A DNA stretch of 60,684 nt, the filler included. It is 7 parts of 7 records of this genome, joined end to end, with 100 filler letters (N's around TTAATTAATTAA, not from the genome) between each part and the next. Parts side by side here need not be neighbours in the genome. Positions count along the whole stretch, not along the records: positions 53,299 to 60,684 come from SRR31156797_49426; 6 more parts are not named here. One strand, written 5' to 3'. Positions 56,350 to 60,684 of this stretch are shown piece by piece. Under the pieces are notes generated by a model. It searched no databases. It was given only the letters and a program-made list of their open reading frames with translations, and had not been told where the DNA came from. Made by a program: the position numbers and the translations under genes. The stretch's first letter is position 1; every line of letters begins with the position of its first letter.

Positions 56350-57255
56350 ATGACTGTTAATAAACTGGCCTTGAAAGTGGATGTCGACACTTACGTGGGC
56401 ACGCGCGAAGGGGTTCCTCGCCTGAGCGAGATTTTGAAATCAAGGGGCGCGGCAGCGTCCTTTTATTTGTCTTTGGGGCCGGACAATTCCGGCAAGGCCA
56501 TCCGCAGAGTTTTCACCCGCCCCGGTTTTCTGGCCAAACAATTGAGGAACCGGGCGCCGGGCGCTTACGGGTTTAAAACCATGTTGATGGGCACTCTTTT
56601 GCCTGCCCCTATTATCGGCCGGGGATGCGAACAATTGGTCAGGGACCTTATCGACGCCGGACACGAAGTCGGACTCCATGCCTGGGACCACGTAACCTGG
56701 CACGATCAACTCTGGAAAATGAATGATGATGAAATCCGGGCCGAGACGGACAGGGGAATTAAAGCTTTTGAGGAAATTGCCGGGAGCAGGCCCGAAGGAT
56801 TCGCGGCCCCGGCCTGGCGCATCAACGGAGCCGCGGCCCGGGCTTTGGATGAACAGGGCGTGAAATACATGTCCGCCACCAGGGGGGTGTTTCCCTATCG
56901 ACCGTTGTTTTCAGGCAGTCCTTCCAACCTGGTGGAAATCCCCACCACCTTGCCCACTGCCGATGAAGTGCTTGGCCGGCAAGGGATTAAAGTGGACAAC
57001 CTGGACCAATACTTCCTAAATCAACTGGAAGAGCCGGGCCTGCATGTCTTTACGATTCACGCGGAATTGGAAGGGCGGGGTTTGAGCAGCGTGTTTGAAA
57101 GGTTCCTGGACGGCTGCCTGGAGCGCGGGGTTGAAATCGTCCGGTTGATGGATGTTTACCGGGACTTGATCTCGGAAGGGATCGAGCTTCCGCAAGCGGA
57201 AGTCGACAGGATAGAACTGCCTGGACGGCCGGGAAAGGTTTCCCACCAGGTATGA
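56350..57255 (+). CDS. arnD: Undecaprenyl-phosphate-Ara4FN deformylase
   Basis: LKVDVDT, SLGPDNSG, GLHAWDHVTW, PTTLPT, FTIHAELEG. Confidence 0.9.
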   Translation: MTVNKLALKVDVDTYVGTREGVPRLSEILKSRGAAASFYLSLGPDNSGKAIRRVFTRPGFLAKQLRNRAPGAYGFKTMLMGTLLPAPIIGRGCEQLVRDLIDAGHEVGLHAWDHVTWHDQLWKMNDDEIRAETDRGIKAFEEIAGSRPEGFAAPAWRINGAAARALDEQGVKYMSATRGVFPYRPLFSGSPSNLVEIPTTLPTADEVLGRQGIKVDNLDQYFLNQLEEPGLHVFTIHAELEGRGLSSVFERFLDGCLERGVEIVRLMDVYRDLISEGIELPQAEVDRIELPGRPGKVSHQV

Positions 57256-58541
57256 GCTTCCCGCTTTACAGCCTTTTCTACGGAGCCGCGGCTTTGCTGG
57301 CTTCTCCCTATTACCTTGTTCGCGGGCTTAAGCAGGATAAATACCTGTGGAACCTGAAAACCCGGATGGGTATTGATCTTGCCGCTCCAGAGGCGGCCCA
57401 GGGGCCCCGGGTCTGGGTGCACGCCATGAGCCTGGGCGAGGTTGTTTCCAGTACGGAACTTGTCCGGGAGCTGCAAGCTCGGGGGTACAACGTTTGCATT
57501 TCCACTACAACCAGGAGCGGCGCCGAAATTGCCGAAAGGAATTTTTCCGACCTTTTTCGCTTTTCATTGCCCTTTGATTTGCCATTGTTTGTTGGTCGGG
57601 TTATTGCCGCAATCAAACCGGATGTTTTTGTGCTGGTTGAGACGGACATTTGGCCGAATCTGCTGGCCGGTTTGTCAAAAGCAGATACTCCTGCCGTGTT
57701 GGTCGGAGGTCGCATCAGCCCCAGGTCCCTGGCCGGGTACAAGCTTATCCGCTCTTTCTGGTCAAGGGTGTTGAACCGGTTTGAACATATATGCTGCCAA
57801 AGCAGTCTGGATTTAAATCGATTTCTGACTTTAGGCGCGAATGAAAATATTATGTCCATTACGGGCAATTTGAAATTCGACAGAAAGGATATTGAATCCG
57901 GGCCTGAAGCTGCAATGAAAGTCCTGGAACAGGCCGGGCTGCCTGACGGACCCTGGATCGTTTGCGGCAGCACCCACCCGGGCGAAGAAGATATTATCCT
58001 TGATATTTTTGAGAGACTGAAGGCTGAAAACATGGATTGGCGCTTGATCATAGCGCCCAGAAACAAAAGCCGTTTCGAAGCTGTCTGGCGGCTGATTCAG
58101 CAAACCGGTTTGCCGGCGGCCAGGCGATCCAAGGGAATTCCGCATGCCGCGCCGGATATTTTTTTGCTGGACACTCTTGGTGAACTGGATGCATTTTATG
58201 AAATCGGGGATATCGTTTTTGTGGGTAAAAGTCTACCCACGCCGGGAGAAGGCGGCGGGCATAATCTGCTCGAGCCCGCGGTAAGGGCCAAGCCGGTTCT
58301 TTTCGGGCCGAGAATGCATAATTTCCCTGATATATCCAGGCTGATCGCCCAAGCCGAAGGCGGAATCATGGTCGAGGATGCAAGCCAATTGGAAGCGGCT
58401 TTCAGAAACCTGATTTCGGATCCGGAATTAAGAATCAAAATGGGCTTGCGGGCATTGGCCGCGATTGAGCCTCATAAAGGCGCCGTAGCGAGGACGGTTA
58501 AAGTCATAGAATCGGCCCTTGCCAAAAGGAATGTCCATTGA
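57252..58541 (+). CDS. waaA: Kdo transferase
   Basis: WVHAMSLGE, VETDIWPN, GNLKFD, GSTHPGEE, DTLGEL, GGHNLLEPA. Confidence 0.95.
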   Translation: MSFPLYSLFYGAAALLASPYYLVRGLKQDKYLWNLKTRMGIDLAAPEAAQGPRVWVHAMSLGEVVSSTELVRELQARGYNVCISTTTRSGAEIAERNFSDLFRFSLPFDLPLFVGRVIAAIKPDVFVLVETDIWPNLLAGLSKADTPAVLVGGRISPRSLAGYKLIRSFWSRVLNRFEHICCQSSLDLNRFLTLGANENIMSITGNLKFDRKDIESGPEAAMKVLEQAGLPDGPWIVCGSTHPGEEDIILDIFERLKAENMDWRLIIAPRNKSRFEAVWRLIQQTGLPAARRSKGIPHAAPDIFLLDTLGELDAFYEIGDIVFVGKSLPTPGEGGGHNLLEPAVRAKPVLFGPRMHNFPDISRLIAQAEGGIMVEDASQLEAAFRNLISDPELRIKMGLRALAAIEPHKGAVARTVKVIESALAKRNVH

Positions 58542-59614
58542 AACGGACAATTGACCTATATAAAGACACTCCCGGCGCCTGGCCCAGGATATTGGCCGGG
58601 ATTTTCGGACGATTGTCTTCAGCACGCCTAAAGCTTTATGAAAAGGGGCTATTAAAAACAAAATCGCTGCCCGCCCCTGTCGTGAGCGTCGGCAACCTGG
58701 TTGTGGGTGGAACAGGCAAGACGCCGGCCGTCATAATGCTGGCCCGCAACTTGTCGGACAGGGGGTTGAAACCGGCGGTTCTGCTTCGAGGATACCGGGG
58801 CGGAAGCAAGGCGCCGGTTAATGTTGTTTCTGATGGCGATAATATGCTTATGGGGCCGGAGGATGCAGGAGATGAAGCGTGTTTGCTGGCTTCTTCCCTG
58901 CCCGGCGTTCCGGTCTTGACCGGCCGCGACCGATGGGCCGTGGGGTGGCGGGCCCTGGAACAATTTGACGTGGATGTATTATTGCTGGATGACGGCTTTC
59001 AACATATAGCGCTTAACCGTGATGTTAACCTGCTGCTGCTGGATGCTGAAAAGCCCTGGGGAAACGGATTTCTGCTGCCGGCGGGCGCGTTGAGGGAGCC
59101 TCCGGAACAGGCCTCCAGGGCGTCGGCCGTTATCCTTACCCGCGCCGATTCAAATGCGAATGAAGCAATTAAAAAGCTTGCCCAAAGATTTCCCGGCAGG
59201 CCCATATTTACAGCCCGGCATAAACCGGTTCGGCTCCGCTCCCTTAATGGAGAAGAAACAAAACCGATCGATTATTTAAAAGGGCGGACAGTAGGCGCTT
59301 TTTGCGGGTTGGCCAGGCCTTTATCCTTTTTGAATACGCTGGCGGGCCTGGAAGCTGAAGTTAAATATTTTATTAAGTGGCCCGACCATTACCAGCCTTT
59401 GGAAAAGGATCTCCGGTTGATTGAAGCCAAGGCCTTGGAAAACAAAGCCTCGGACATTGTAACCACGGCCAAGGATGCCGTTAAATTGTCTAAATCAACA
59501 TTCTGGAGCGGCCGGGATTTACCATATAAACTTTGGGTGCTTGATGTGGAAATGGATATTTTGGATAAAGAAGAATTATTCGACCTGGTTTTGGAAGGGT
59601 GTGGAAAGGCTTGA
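58538..59614 (+). CDS. lpxK: Tetraacyldisaccharide 4'-kinase
   Basis: SVGNLVVGGTGKTP, RGY, GDEA, LDDGFQH, LLPAGALRE, TTAKDAVK. Confidence 0.95.
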   Translation: MKRTIDLYKDTPGAWPRILAGIFGRLSSARLKLYEKGLLKTKSLPAPVVSVGNLVVGGTGKTPAVIMLARNLSDRGLKPAVLLRGYRGGSKAPVNVVSDGDNMLMGPEDAGDEACLLASSLPGVPVLTGRDRWAVGWRALEQFDVDVLLLDDGFQHIALNRDVNLLLLDAEKPWGNGFLLPAGALREPPEQASRASAVILTRADSNANEAIKKLAQRFPGRPIFTARHKPVRLRSLNGEETKPIDYLKGRTVGAFCGLARPLSFLNTLAGLEAEVKYFIKWPDHYQPLEKDLRLIEAKALENKASDIVTTAKDAVKLSKSTFWSGRDLPYKLWVLDVEMDILDKEELFDLVLEGCGKA

Positions 59615-59617
59615 ACA

Positions 59618-60673
59618 TTGAATCTTGCCGGTAAAAAATACAAGCGAATATTGGTGCGCGGCACAAACTGGGTCGGCGACGCCCTTATGACCATTCCGGC
59701 CCTCGCCTCTTTAAAGGGTAACTTCCCGGATGCATCCTTGACGGTTTTGGCTCGGCCCTGGGTGTCGCCGATATATGGCGCCCACCCGGCCGTGGATAAA
59801 ACCATGTCTATTGAAAGAGACGGGCGGCATAAAGGTTTGAACGGCATCCGCCGTTTGGCCGCGGAAGTCAAACAAGAAAATTTCGATCTGGCCGTATTGT
59901 TCCAGAACGCTTTTGAAGCAGCCCTGATTGCCCGATTGGCGGGAATCCCGGACAGGTTGGGGTACAACACCGACGCCAGGGGCTTTTTACTGAATAAAAC
60001 TGTAAAAATAAGGTCGGAAGACAAAAAAGTTCATGAAACCGAGTATTACCTGAGGATATTGGAACGGGCGGGTTTGAAGGCCGAATGGTCAAGGCCGGTT
60101 TTTTACCTGGGCGACGAAGATCGGGCTGCGGGAGCGGCAAAGATCGAGGAAATGGGAGCCTCCGGTTCGTTCCTCATCGGCATGGCCCCGGGCGCGGCTT
60201 ATGGCACGGCCAAGCAGTGGCCCGCGGATCGGTTTGCCAAAGCGGCGGATGCGATAATAAAGCGGAAGGGCGGAGCAGCCCTTATTTTCGGAAGTCCAAG
60301 TGAAAGGGACGTTGCCGGTAAGGTGAAGGAGAACATGGCTTCGCCCGCTCACAACCTGGCCGGAAGGACAAACCTGACCGAAGCAGCCGCATTGATAGAT
60401 AAATGCGACCTGTTTCTGACCAATGATTCCGGACTGATGCATTTGGCCGCCGCCGTGGATACTCCCCTTATAGCGGTTTTCGGATCCACCAATCCGGCCA
60501 CGACATCCCCGGCTGCAAGGAAGTTCCGTATTATAAGGCACGAAGTGGATTGCGCGCCTTGCCTTAAACAGAAATGCGACCAACCTACCCACCGCTGCAT
60601 GGAACTGGTCAGTTACGGCGAGGTTGCGGAAGCCGCCCTGGAAATAATTGGGGTAGCTGAGCTACATCTATAG
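59618..60673 (+). CDS. waaF: LPS heptosyltransferase II (GT9)
   Basis: RGTNWVGDALM, APGAAYGTAKQWP, TNDSGLMHLAAA, FGST, CAPC. Confidence 0.92.
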   Translation: MNLAGKKYKRILVRGTNWVGDALMTIPALASLKGNFPDASLTVLARPWVSPIYGAHPAVDKTMSIERDGRHKGLNGIRRLAAEVKQENFDLAVLFQNAFEAALIARLAGIPDRLGYNTDARGFLLNKTVKIRSEDKKVHETEYYLRILERAGLKAEWSRPVFYLGDEDRAAGAAKIEEMGASGSFLIGMAPGAAYGTAKQWPADRFAKAADAIIKRKGGAALIFGSPSERDVAGKVKENMASPAHNLAGRTNLTEAAALIDKCDLFLTNDSGLMHLAAAVDTPLIAVFGSTNPATTSPAARKFRIIRHEVDCAPCLKQKCDQPTHRCMELVSYGEVAEAALEIIGVAELHL

Positions 60674-60684
60674 TGTAGCTAACA

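Overview
The window is not one locus. It is seven unrelated contigs joined by six identical 100-nt artificial spacers (N44-TTAATTAATTAA-N44), so nothing should be inferred across the spacers. Taxonomic labels below are impressions from gene content and sequence style, not database results. (1) 1-19986, spirochaete-like: MCP tail, kbl-tdh, then a ~16 kb carbohydrate locus. It combines two sugar ABC transporters, an AGE epimerase, ROK kinase and repressor, a NagB/AgaI-like isomerase and a GH4 glycosidase with two cobamide-type methyltransferases (MtaA/UroD family and a non-pyrrolysine MttB). Shared promoter motifs tie parts of it together. It is the best candidate here for an undescribed pathway: corrinoid-dependent demethylation of methylated (amino)sugars. 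(2) 20087-27188: parE/parC, an AT-rich MntA-HepT toxin-antitoxin module bounded by 8-bp direct repeats that appears to split an attC-like hairpin, and a GC-rich sulfatase. (3) 27289-33839, planctomycete-like: folC, then rhamnulokinase-like kinase, PHP protein, an elongated Zn-dehydrogenase and DUF2961/GH172. (4) 33940-39381, Bacteroidota-like: a truncated attC-like site, gluzincin peptidase, a catalytically eroded NUMOD4-HNH-HTH protein with its own promoter, TIGR03643, YARHG, glpK and palindromic repeats. (5) 39482-46569: AraC tail, SH3 protein, MFS, GGDEF, PhzF, SixA, lipoprotein, S1-domain protein. (6) 46670-53198: cupin-lactonase-dehydrogenase genes divergent from a Liv-type ABC operon (livM frameshifted, no binding protein), with paired ATCGAT-N-ATCGAT operators. 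(7) 53299-60684, deltaproteobacterial-like: arnC, split arnA and arnD translationally coupled to waaA-lpxK-waaF. No rRNA, tRNA, CRISPR array, transposase or integrase was recognised.
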